From: a virus
Taxonomy: Duplodnaviria > Caudoviricetes
Virus record (IMG/VR): IMGVR_UViG_3300027969_000040
Reading direction: 5' to 3' (one strand)
DNA: 64,000 nucleotides
Shown: positions 37,583 through 50,000 of the stretch, one piece after another
How positions within the stretch are numbered: the first letter of the stretch is position 1
Layout of the letters: every line of letters begins with the position of its first letter
Program-made: the position numbers and the translations under genes
Notes under the pieces: model-generated
The model's database searches: none
Told to the model about the DNA's origin: nothing
Seen by the model: only the letters and a program-made list of their open reading frames with translations

Positions 37583-40500
37583 TTAGGCCTGAGCTTCCGT
37601 CCAGGACATACGTGCAAATATGTTACCCGATGAAGTACCAATGTTCTGGGCCATAACAGTAACCACGTCTGGTCCGTCTGGAAATACGCCCACATTAGCG
37701 GCAGCAACACCGCCACCTAATATACTTGTACCCATATCACGAACCAAATTCAATTCTTGCTGAGTTGTTGTAAATCCCGAACCCGTTGTGTTTAAGAAGA
37801 ATCCAAAAATTGATTCGCCACCGGTAATAGTAGTTGCCGACGTATGGAAAATGTACTGTGCCAAGCTAGAACCACCTACGCTGGACCAGTTTGGTGTTGC
37901 ACTACTAACTGTACCATTCAAGATCATGGTTATAAGGAACTGACCATTGGAGAAAACGTCCAACTGTCGCAAAACCATCTGCATGCGGTTTACAATTTCA
38001 CGTATGCCCAATGCTGATCCAGCAACACCGTTACTGACACTAGGTGCAATACGGAAACTCATAACTGCATTATTAACACCAGTACCAATTGCCAGTGTTG
38101 TTGTCATACCTCTTGTAAACACGTACGATTTGTCATCATCAAATCTACCGTCCATGATAACCGACGTACCCCAGTGACTGATTGTACTAGCAAACAACGG
38201 AGCATGTAGGTCAACTGCAACAGGAGCAGTAGCACTATATGTATAGCTCTGTGCTGCGCCTGCCATAGGAGAAAATATCAACGATGTTGATCCATTAGAC
38301 ATCGGTGCTTGACTCAAAGTCACGCTGGTATTAACTACAAAGCCGACAACATAAGTGTTAGCCGGAACTGCATTGGTTGTAGAAAATACGTATTGACCAA
38401 TTTGCACACCGGTGGTGCTTACACCGGTTATAACCGGAGTTGCAGTGTTAGTAGTAAATGTTAATGTTGCGCCAGCTTGTGCTCTAACAACACCAGTTAA
38501 TGTACTAACTGTGTATTGTCCTGCAATATTTGCAGTACCAACACCAGCAAAATTAACATATTCATATGCTGTTGCATTACGTATTACTGCGGTGCCGCCG
38601 CCACTAGTAGGCCATCCAGCTGGTAATGTATTTACATAGATTATATTATCACTGCTACCAAGTGTTGTAGATCCATTTGCCTGTATGTTAGCTAGCTGTG
38701 TACTCTTGCTAAATGTATTTGTTTCGTATCTGGCAGGCAAGTTACCTGAACGCATATATGCTTGATAGTTTAAGTTGTTGTTAGGACTTTTGTGACAGTA
38801 CATAACGTCGCCGTTTAATCCACGGAATCCCCAACGTATAAAGCCAGCTCCATACCAACTGTAGTCCAAGTACAACATCTGCATTTTGCTTAGATCAAGA
38901 TTAAATCCACTAACACCAGTACCATCTGCACGATCAATATTCCATTGACTTTGTGGTACTTTGTAGTCAATAGTTTTACTAATTACTGCTGCGGTCAAGT
39001 TAACAGTACCACGATATGCCGGTTGAATTGTCAATGCTGCATCACTGGTAATTGTTTCTACTTTGTAACTCATACCTTTAATGACTACAAAATCGCCGGG
39101 TACAAGTTGCTTACTAAAAATAGGGCTCACACCATTAAGGGTAATACCCGACACACTGTTACTACCAGCAGCAACACTTATCCATCCGTTAATTTGATAT
39201 GTACTGCTGCGACGTACTGCATATATAGTCTGACCGTCATATTCAAAAAATACACCATTTTGGTTATCATACATGCCCACTCGAGTGTTGGCTCCATACC
39301 AATTGGTAATACTCAAATAAGGCAAGCCAGTGGCTACAGCTACTGACGGGGTCGAGCCAGCAGCATCAAGTCTGTTGGTGGCTATATAGGTAAATTTGTA
39401 AGGATCTAGTACTGTTGCAACCGTATATATGCCATTATAGGCCGCTTGATCGCATCCGGTCATTGCAATGGTAATACCAGGATTAATGTTGTGCTGTACT
39501 TTAGTAACTACTGTAACCGTTGCACCAACTGCGGCGACAGCGTCTAAATTTAAACTTGGTTTAAGCAAAGTACCAGTACTCATCTGAATGCCTTTACCGC
39601 TCTGGTAACGGAAGTAACGTCGTGTTTGACGTATTAACTGTTGGTTGTGACTGATAGCATTAGTACTAAATGTAACACCACCGTCAAACGAACGATGTAA
39701 GAAGTTACCCTGTGGACGAACGTATAGTGTAGCACTACCATATCCAATTGTACCAGTTGGTGTACTAATTACATTATAGGTAAACACTGTTGGACTTGAC
39801 ACAGTGGCCACAGTCCAAGAACCATTTGGAGGGAATGTAGTGGCTGTCAATCCAATAATACCAATTTCATTACCAAGTAATAAACCATGCGGAACGCTAC
39901 ATGTAACAGTAATTACAGTACCACTGAATGTTACTGTGCTCAAACCAATTGCAGCACCAGTAAACACATAACCACGATAAATGTTAGTGGTATTAGCGTT
40001 GTTGATTGATCCAGTGGTGCCCGGATATGCAATTCTGGCTGTATAAGTAAAAGCACTACCACTGCTAGCATCAACCATGAACAAGCCATCTGCACCAGCC
40101 CAGGTAGTATCTTGCATAAACACCGGAGTACCAACACCGGGGTTGGCAGTCGACGCCACCGAAACTGTACGGCTCAAGTTAGTAGCAGTAATATCAGTGT
40201 AGGCAAGTTGATCATATGTATTATAATATGCAAACGGACGATTATTTATTAGGGAAATACTTTCCCACTTAGTGGTCTGTGTTGAATATTCAAAGTCAGT
40301 GTCAATTAATGCTTGTGGTTGACTTATGCGCAGTTTGTTAACTGGATCCATTAAAATTTCCATAGGTTGGAAAGTTTCGTTGGATTCTTCAACCAGGATA
40401 GCAATCTTATCAGTACTTTGCATAACACTGGTAGTGTCATACTTCAATACAATACTAGTAGTCGGTACGTTATTAGTTATTATGCTAACAAAACTTACCA

Positions 40501-40654
40501 ATGTATAAGTAGGGTCACTGAAATTAAACAGTACGGTATTTCTGGTGGTGTTAGTGATCAGTAGCAGTTGCTCTTGACGCAGGTAACGGTTGATCACGAT
40601 AGTCTTGGTAGACGGGGTGAACGTGTAATATTCTGGTGTTATGTGTTTTGCCAT
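37583..40654 (-). CDS. Large virion structural protein with a lectin-like core and inserted small beta-sandwich modules
   Basis: N-terminal YTFTP...EQLLLITN...FNF.DP domain; QT.RYFRYQSGKG; DYSWYGAG; repeated T(V/I)TV...H...G..I...G....NG..TV..V....FTY modules. Confidence 0.65.
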   Translation of the reverse strand: MAKHITPEYYTFTPSTKTIVINRYLRQEQLLLITNTTRNTVLFNFSDPTYTLVSFVSIITNNVPTTSIVLKYDTTSVMQSTDKIAILVEESNETFQPMEILMDPVNKLRISQPQALIDTDFEYSTQTTKWESISLINNRPFAYYNTYDQLAYTDITATNLSRTVSVASTANPGVGTPVFMQDTTWAGADGLFMVDASSGSAFTYTARIAYPGTTGSINNANTTNIYRGYVFTGAAIGLSTVTFSGTVITVTCSVPHGLLLGNEIGIIGLTATTFPPNGSWTVATVSSPTVFTYNVISTPTGTIGYGSATLYVRPQGNFLHRSFDGGVTFSTNAISHNQQLIRQTRRYFRYQSGKGIQMSTGTLLKPSLNLDAVAAVGATVTVVTKVQHNINPGITIAMTGCDQAAYNGIYTVATVLDPYKFTYIATNRLDAAGSTPSVAVATGLPYLSITNWYGANTRVGMYDNQNGVFFEYDGQTIYAVRRSSTYQINGWISVAAGSNSVSGITLNGVSPIFSKQLVPGDFVVIKGMSYKVETITSDAALTIQPAYRGTVNLTAAVISKTIDYKVPQSQWNIDRADGTGVSGFNLDLSKMQMLYLDYSWYGAGFIRWGFRGLNGDVMYCHKSPNNNLNYQAYMRSGNLPARYETNTFSKSTQLANIQANGSTTLGSSDNIIYVNTLPAGWPTSGGGTAVIRNATAYEYVNFAGVGTANIAGQYTVSTLTGVVRAQAGATLTFTTNTATPVITGVSTTGVQIGQYVFSTTNAVPANTYVVGFVVNTSVTLSQAPMSNGSTSLIFSPMAGAAQSYTYSATAPVAVDLHAPLFASTISHWGTSVIMDGRFDDDKSYVFTRGMTTTLAIGTGVNNAVMSFRIAPSVSNGVAGSALGIREIVNRMQMVLRQLDVFSNGQFLITMILNGTVSSATPNWSSVGGSSLAQYIFHTSATTITGGESIFGFFLNTTGSGFTTTQQELNLVRDMGTSILGGGVAAANVGVFPDGPDVVTVMAQNIGTSSGNIFARMSWTEAQA

Positions 40655-40660
40655 TTTTGT

Positions 40661-41050
40661 TTAATCTCCAAATGCTATCAAGTTGACTGAGTAACTTGCA
40701 GTTCTGCGCTGTACGTATGTGCCAATTGTAACTACAGTAACCATAGCGCGGTCGCCCAATTCTGGTGGGTTATATATGATAAGGTTGCCATCTGTTGTTA
40801 CTCGGTAATCTCCGTTTATATCGTATTCTACGCTCCAAGGCAGGGTACGCTCTGCTATATAAGGACGTAAAATTTGCCCATTTATGCTCACCTGTACTTG
40901 TCTTGAATCTGTCACTGTATTTATGGACACTTCGTCGACACTCAAGGGAAAGATCTGAGTGCTACTGTTAAACGAGCCGCTGATGTCATCGCATATTGCG
41001 GGCAGCGTATATGTTGCTTGTAAATCCGTTAAAACTCTAGTTAGTGCCAT
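40661..41050 (-). CDS. Small beta-sandwich accessory protein
   Basis: FN...F.L...V.V.ING...Y.V....I...P..GD module; hydrophobic C-terminus VNLIAFGD; TAAATA at 41068-41073. Confidence 0.6.
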   Translation of the reverse strand: MALTRVLTDLQATYTLPAICDDISGSFNSSTQIFPLSVDEVSINTVTDSRQVQVSINGQILRPYIAERTLPWSVEYDINGDYRVTTDGNLIIYNPPELGDRAMVTVVTIGTYVQRRTASYSVNLIAFGD

Positions 41051-41073
41051 TTTTGTTCCATTATTAGTATTTA

Positions 41074-44000
41074 TTAAGAAACCATCTTGCTTGGTGGAGT
41101 GAATGCACCGGTGTATCTGGCCACGCTCTTGGTTACACGTAAATCATCAATGTAACCGTTGAAATAGTTGGATATTGTTGCACCGCCGCTGTAGCCGGCT
41201 CCGATATTCACTATGCTTGCACTTATATATGCGGTAGTATCAGCCCATGGGGTTCCAGCTACTACACCATTTATATACAAAGTAGTGGTATTAACATAAC
41301 GAACTAGAGCAATATGATACCATGTATTAATAGCAATTGCGCTGGCTGCGCTGGTAATCCTGTCTGCTGTGCTGACATAATATCTAACAGTTCCATCACT
41401 GCTTAAATAGATAAGATGATACGCCCCGTTAGTTGATGCCGGTCTGGTGTCAAATAACTGTGCAGAAGTACCCGGTAGTGCTGCGGCACGCATCCAAAAT
41501 TCGATAGTAAAATCGGATACAGCACCAAAGTTAAACTTGACATCCGAGTAGGGTACTGTTAGGTAGTTACTAGATCCGTTAAAATAAACAGATCCTGTGC
41601 CATACCGGTAAACTGAGTTGACTACTTGTGCTGCGCCTGCTACACTTCTGATCGCGCTCCTCGACGAGGGATCGTTAATAGCAGAAGTTACAGTATTGCC
41701 AATTAATAATGCAGTATTTGCAACCGTAGTCGGAGGGGCCGCAGGTGGTGTAAATGCACTGGTGTACAGTGCAGTACCGTTGACTAATCGAATACCGCCT
41801 ATATAGCCATTGAAAAATAGTGTATTGCTACCAGTTTGACGACCAATACTGCCGCCTGTGGTGGTACCCGCAACACCAAAACTGTCAGCTATTGTACCTT
41901 GGGCATAGACTGCTCCGTTAACATATATAGTTATTTGGTTTGTGCCGGTCCCGGTACGAACTACAGCCACATGATAAAATTGATTTGGTAATAGTGCAAC
42001 AGTTCCGGTTACATATACTGTGGTACTAACACCGGTAGCATAACCAAATTGTAAAAGTCCAGTTGCACTAAATCCCAGCTGCCATTGCCCAGTTTGGAAT
42101 GCTGCTGCAATACCAATAAAGTTGTCAATTAATTTAGGCTGTGCAGTTAGTAGACCAAAAGAATAAAACCAACATTCTAATGTAAAATTGCTTATGCCCA
42201 ATACCAACGAGCTAGCCGGTAAATTTAAATAATCTGCGGTACCATTTAGTACCACAGTTCCGCCGTATGCAGAATTTGACCAGCTGCCAGCTGGTGGATA
42301 TGGTGAAAAGTTTTCAACAGTGGGTGTACCTGCCCTGGTTAATGTTCTAGCATAAACTGATCGATCCACTGCATAGCTATCTTTTAAAGTTAATAAACTA
42401 GTACCAGCTGCAAACGGACTTGCCGTCGACACTGTAGCCAAATTATTGACCATTGCATATGCATTAACACTAGAATCTACAACAGTAGCATTACCAGCAG
42501 CGAGCAAATTGGTAATACCAGTACCAAACGGATTAACAAGTGCCGTGGTAGTTGGTGGCCCTACATTGGTTAAAGTAAATGCATAAGGTCCAGAATCAGT
42601 GAGAGTGCTAGATCTTGCTGCAAGTAAATTAGTATAACCAAAAGGAACAGATGATCCGCCACTGTTAAAAGCAGGATTGCCAGTGGCAGTTATTGAAATG
42701 GCATTGGTACTATTATCAATTGCAGTAGCTGATTGTGCAGTTAAAAATATAGTATTAGCGATAGCAGTTAATGATGTTGTTGGCGGTAGGAAATTAACTG
42801 TAGTATATAGTGCAACACCACTTAGAATTCTAAGATTACTTATGTAGCCGATAAACGGAAACGGATTAGAATCTGCGTATCTACTACCCAATCGAACAGT
42901 GTCGGACAAATTAGAAAATGTAGAAGTCATTGAGCTGATAAACGTACCATTGACAAAAGCAAATAATCTATTAGATTGCATGGTTAATACAACATGTGTC
43001 CAAGTACTAGTCGGTAATGTCCACGAAATAAAATTTACACCTGCGCTATTTGCATTAGCAATACCGGCACCGTTACGTGCAAGTATAAATCCTGATGTTG
43101 TTTGAGTTGTACTAGTTACAATACCTGCTAGACTATCAGCTGCAGGGTCAACCCATACCCAACACTCTACTGTAAAGTCGCCGGTGCCTATAACAAAACT
43201 ATTACTAGTAGCAGTCAAGTAACTGCTACCATTGAAATATACGCTATAAGGAACAACGGGTTGTGTTATTGTTGTTAGTCCTACAGTAGGAACAGTAAAA
43301 GCAATAGATTGATATATTGCTGCACCTTTTGTTATTCGAAGATTTGTCAAATAACCTGCCCAAGACGATACAGTTGTTGCGCTCCATGAGCCAATTGCCG
43401 TCAATCCAGCTGAATAGTTGTCAAGATTGGCAGCACTTGCCATTGCTTGGCCATTGATATATATTGTTATTATTCCACTAGCTCTTACCGCAGCTACATG
43501 TGCCCATGTATTAATTGTTATAGTATTAGTAGGAGTAGTAATTAATAATATATTATTAACCGAGTAAAATACAACTGCGCCAGTTGCATTGTTAACACCA
43601 ATCCGATATGTACCTGCACCCGACCCAGTTCCAACAAAATAAGTTGGCCCAGTGGTTGTTGTATAATAGATCCATGCTTCAATGGTGAAATCCCCGGTAC
43701 CCATTTGTAATGCTACATTGTCTGGTACTGTTGAATATGCTGGTAAAGAATTAAGTGCTGGCGCTATGTCGGCAGATACAACAAGGTTGGTATTAGTCAC
43801 AGTTAGACTATAGCCCCCGGTATCGGTGATATATCCTGCTGTACCGTTTAATAGCAATGACGTATAACTCAAATTTGGTATTGCCGCAGAAGGATTGCCA
43901 TTCTGATTAGCAATTTGTGTACTAGTCAATTGGCCTGTGGAAACAACAAAATTGCTGGTATATACAGCTAGACCTTTAACAATACGGAAATTAGAAATAT

Positions 44001-47000
44001 AACCTGCAAAGGGAAGAAGATTGCCGTCGGAATTAGCACCAATCGTTAATAAATTATTACCAGTATTACTCATAACGGCAGCCAGAGATACAGGAGTTTG
44101 TGATACCCCATTTACATATGCAGTTATTGTATTTCCGTTACGCACTAATGCAAAATGATACCAAGTAGATATCACAAAGGTGCCAATTATGGTTTGTGCT
44201 GCCGCTGCGCCGGATCCACCGTTGCCCAAGGTCCATGTTCCAGTTCCGGCATTGATATTAAAAATATATGAAGGATTCACGGTGCCAGTTGCGCCACCTT
44301 TTCCAAATATTACACGATTAGATGCAACACTGGTAAGATAAAACCAAGTCTCTATGGTCCAATTTAGAGCACCGGTTGCTAAATCTAAAGCATCGCCTGT
44401 AGTTCCTGTAATAGATATATACTGGGTTGTACCATTGAAACTTAAACTACTTGCTAGCAGTGCAAAATTAGTACTATAATTAGTTGTAACATTGGAAATT
44501 GCTGTAGTTGATGGAGTAAAGTTTGCTGTGTACAGGGCTTGTCCATTTGTTACACGTAGGTTAGAAATATGTCCAGTGAATTTGCCACCTGTGCCTGACC
44601 ACCCACCAATGACTGTAGTATTAGCTGTGGTTCCCCATGTTCCAGTCTGGGCAATAGTACCAACATTATTTCCTGCCAGGTATACTGTTACCGTATTTGA
44701 TCGATTTACAAAAGCTATGTGTGTCCAAGTATTTAAACTTGGTGTTGTTGCTGTTACTGTTTGATAGCTAAGGCCATTTCTTGCTGCTACAATATATCCA
44801 GCATTAGTAATACCCCAAGTTTGATAACTAGTAACTCCCACATTACCACTAATAATATTAACTGAGGTAGCGTATGTAATACCAGTTGCAACAGCGGTCA
44901 TGTAGATCCATGCTTCGACTGTGTAGTCACTAGTTAATGTTGTTACTACTGCCAATGGCGCTGCCAAATAAGAAGTAGTACCATTGAATAATACACTGTA
45001 TGTGCCGGTGCCTGCCACAGTGGTTAGTGGCGCAATTGGTTGTACTGTAGACTGGACACCTTTATCAATTTGTAAATTAGATATGTATCCCGAAAAATAT
45101 GCAGTACCAGCCGGATTTCTACCAATATTTAATGTGTTAGTCGGCGCCGCAGTATTGTACACAAACGATGGTAAGCTACTTGAGCCAGCTGCTAGACCGT
45201 TAATATAAAAACCAACTGTTTTTGTATTAGCTGTAAAAGTAACCGCTATGTAGTTCCACTGGTTTAATACTACTACCGGATTTGAATTAAATGCCGGGTT
45301 GGTAACGGCGCTACCAGTGGCATTAAAGAACACCACGGACATGCTGCCAGTTACACCACCATAGGTGGTATTGTTAAGTTCAATACTGATCCCAGTTTGA
45401 CCGGCCACATTGGTTGTGGCTAGCGGAACCATTAGTGATGAGCTTCTTGGATATATCCAAAATCTCACAGTCCAATCTTCAATACCATTGTGTAAGAATG
45501 CCCACTCGATGGCAGTGCTCGCTGTGTAGTAGTCAGTGGATCCGTTGAATTGATAACTCCAACCAGTTACAAACGGATTCACTGCGCCTTGTGTAGCAGT
45601 ACCTGCTCTAACAATTAAATAGTTATTAAAGCTGTTGTCCGAGAAGAAATTGTTATTATTTGATACGTTGTACTGACTGGTCAATACACTGGTACCGGCA
45701 TAGGCAGTAAATGGATTGTTCACGCTAACGCCGGTTACACCTTGGTTGGTAATAGCAATAGCGCCGCCGCTGGTGTCAACAATAGTTCTAGACTGAGCTA
45801 TTAGCAAGCTGGTGGTACTGGTGAATGGATTAACTGCAATACTGGTTACTGTACCGGTATTGGTGATGGACACTGGCAGTGTACTATTGTCTACAATGGT
45901 TGCCGCTTGCGCAGTTAATACTATTACATAAGCTGGAATTTGTGTGGAGTCGGTAGCAATTGAAATGCCACCAACATTAGTTATTGCTGCTGAATTTGCA
46001 CTATTATCTATAATAGTATTATTTTGCAAAGTTAACAAGCTGGCCTGTGTTCCAGTCACGGCAGCAATATTACTGCTGGCATTTTGTATAGTAGATAATT
46101 GAATGGTAGGTGGTGTAAAGTTGCCAGTGTAGACTGCGACATCTTTTACAATTCTGAAATTACTAATATAGCCATTCCAGAATTGGTCGCCCGATGCACC
46201 ATCTGATTTACCGATATACCCTGGAGCAGTAGTATGTGAAATAGTTCCAGCATAGGTATAGACTGTACCGCCCACACCATTTTGATATATCCTAAATGAA
46301 CTGCCACTTCTAACCAATGCTACATGGTACCAAGTGTTTGTTGTTAGTGCTGGTAAACCAAAATCAAGATTAGAATCAATTGCCCATGATGTACCAGATG
46401 AACTAGCAATTTGCATGACTAATTTATTTGTGGTATTAAGTACACGAAATATTACACCAATGTATTGTAGTAATTCTCTCTTACCAAATATACCGTTTTG
46501 ACCGTTTAATACAGTAGTATATACCCATGCTTCAATAGTAAAATCACCAGTACTAAGATTAATTGCAGTTGAATGTGGTACAGTCAAATACTGTGTACTA
46601 CCATTAAAACTTGCATAGTAATATTTTGGTGGTAAGGTTGGTGTTAGTAAAGATGCTGTTGTGCCGCCAACGTTGGTGATTGTGTTTACATATGCACTTG
46701 CATCTGTTATAGCTGCGCCTTGTAATGTTAACATGCTGGTTTGCAATCCGGTGATAGCTGCTATGTTACTACTAGAACTTTGTGTAGTTGCCAGTGGCAA
46801 GGTTGGTACTGTAAAGTTGCCAGTGTATACTGCTACTCCTTTAACTACACGTAAATTAGTAATATAACCATTAAAAATGTAGCCAGGTGATAATGGAACA
46901 TTACCATCTGTACCAATTATTGGTCTATTAGTGCCGTTTAACCAATTTGTAGTACTGGTGCCGCTAGAGGATTGTACACCATTGATATATGTAGTCTGAG

Positions 47001-50000
47001 TTGTACCACTCCTACAAATCGCAATGTGATACCAAGTGTTAAGAGAAATTGTACCGTTAAAAATTTCACCAGCAGGACCTACACCAAAACATACATGACT
47101 AGCACCGCTACCGGTTCCAGCCGGTCGAGAATCATATAACCATCCATTAGTTGCAGAACGAGCATTTTGATATATCCACATTTCAATTGTGAAATCACCA
47201 GTGCCAAAAGCAAATTGCGAATTGGTTCCTGGTACATATAGATATTGTGTCAAACCATTGAACACTCCACTGTACGCGGCGGCATAGTTGATAGCAGCAG
47301 ATGGTAATCCATTTTGATTGGCTGTTTGTACGTTAGTCAACGAGGCTGTAGCTGGCGTAAACGTAGTAGTGTAAACTGCTATGCTTTTAACAAGCCTGAA
47401 ATTGCTTATATAGCCAGTGAATGGTTGTGTACCTGCGCTGGATGCTCCAATGGATATGGTATTTGTTGCAGCATAAAGACTGGGTGTACCACTTGAATAT
47501 GTCACAACCGAAGTACCATTTAGGTATAGGGTAAATATATCGCCATTTCTGACAAACGCCAGGTGATTCCATTGATTTAACGCTATAACCGAGCTTGATA
47601 CACTATCTGTTAGTACTGTCGACCCGTCAACGGATAACAAAAATCTAGCAAACCCACTGACATTATTACTGGTCATGACAACCCAAGACAGAGTTGTACC
47701 GCCAGTAGATCCAGACCATTGTCCAAAAAATATATTTTGTGCTGTCCAAGCTATAGATCTATAAACCCAAGCTTCGGCAGTAAAATTATCTGTACCAAAT
47801 TGGAATGTTGTACTAGTAGGAATTGTCAAATAGTTACTACCACTAAACGAATAGCTGTAGGATGCTGAGCCGGCACCAACAATGGCCCGTGATGGTACAC
47901 CATTTTGATTAGCTGTCTGTGATGATGTCAATGCTGTAGTAGCGGGCGTAAAGTTGGCTGTGTAAATGGCCACACCTTTTACCAATCTCATGTTGCTAAT
48001 ATAGCCAGGGAAATAGTAAGTAGTACCTTGGCCATCAAGTCCAAAGCCCACCGACAATAGCGCAGTGGACGCTGTGATACTAGCCGGGGCTGCAACCGAA
48101 CTAACCAACGACCCATTGAGATAAACATTAGAGTTTGCAGTTGATTTGACCCATGCTACATGGTACCAGGTATTGGCTGCAATTACACTAGACGGCGATG
48201 ATTGAAATAGTGTAGTGTTATAATCTACACGTATGTTGCCACTCATTGTACGCATCTGGAATGCTTTACCACCGGCAGTGGTCCACAAACTCACAATGCT
48301 TGCATTGGCTCTAGTTATATCTGTAACATATATCCAAGTTTCAACTGTAAACTCAGCTGCGCCAAATACATACCCGGTATTATTTGGCGCAGTCAAATAT
48401 TGGTTAACACCATTCAAATACACACTGTAATTTTTTACCACTGGCTGATCAATTGCAGTAATATTAGTTCCAGATGCTTGTGTTGATGTCAGTGATGACG
48501 TAGACGGCGTAAAATTACCAGTATAGACCGCAATGCCTAATACTTTACGGAAGTTGCTAATATAGCCGGTCCAATATAAACCCGGTGTGGTTCCTGCACC
48601 ACTACCAATTGACAATGGTGCCACATTAGTATGTACATTTCCTGCAACTGTTGCAGTACCGCTTATATTACCATTGACCCATACCGACCACGTATTACTG
48701 GATTTAGTAACTGCTACGTGATTCCATAGTCCGGCCTTAATAGACGCATTTGATGTAATCGCCACCGTCCAAGTTGCACCATCTGTACTGGCATTGAATA
48801 CTGGTGCCAGTGTACTTGCAAATGCCAATTGGTAACCAGAAAATAATGCTGTTGTGCCACGCTTGGCAAATACAGCTCCAGTAGGAGTAGTCAGCGTAGT
48901 CCATATCCAAGCTTCTAGTGTAGTATTCAATACTCCAATATTAAACTCAGGTGCATCTGCAATGGTAAAGTAATCTGTAGTACCGTTAAAATAAGTTGAA
49001 CCCAGTGTAGCATTATCGCCAGACAATGTTAACGCACTAGCAAACGGCGCACGAGCTTGAGTGGGTCTGATGGCAGCATTGGTATTTGTTAAAGTTAAAT
49101 TATTTCCAGAATTGTCAACAAACGTGCTATTCTGCAATGCTAATAATTTAGTTTGACCGGCTGTGATTGCAGCTGACGGAAATCCGTTTACGTTTAAATC
49201 TTGTACGGCTGTCAACGGCACAGTTGATGGTGTAAAGTTGCCAGTGACAATTACCAGCGTGCCTTTAACTACACGAATGTTGGTAATGTATCCAACGAAT
49301 GGTCTGCTGGGTCCATTTATCCAAGCACCTATATAGGTTTGGAAGCTGGCAGACCAGTTGACTGATACAGTTGACACTGCTACCGAACCGCTGAGTCCGG
49401 CGGTCCTATACAACGACAATGTGGTACCTGTGCGTATTAATCGATAATAGTACCAAATATTTGGTGATAGTACACCTGCAGATTCTGTGATAGTATAAGC
49501 AGTAACTCCTGAATATATGGTTGCAGTCATTGCAGCATTATTCATTTCAAGTACGATGCCTTCGTCTGCATTGCTAGCGATTGTGCTATTTGAAATGGAG
49601 AATACTCGCTGTAGTCCAACTACGGTAGTTGGATATATCCAAAGATCTACTGCAAAGTCGCCAGCACCGACTTGGAAGGCAGCGTTATTTGCCACCTGTA
49701 GATACTGTATGTTTAGACTTTGATCTGTGGTCAGCGTATTAGGAAAACTTCTGCCTGGTCCCCATATTATACGTACTGCGCCTTGGCCTCCATAACCACC
49801 TATAGGTGCTTGGCCGCTGTTATCACTGCCACCACCACCGCCACCACCAAAATCGCCGCCAGGATTATATCCCAGTGTAGTTATGCCGCCGGGTGCTCCT
49901 ACTGCCCAACCACGGGCGCCGCCACCATTGCCAGTACCGAATGGTGTTGTTAATCTATAGATAACTCCGGTATTGGTTATGGTGTTAGGTGTTGTGCTCA

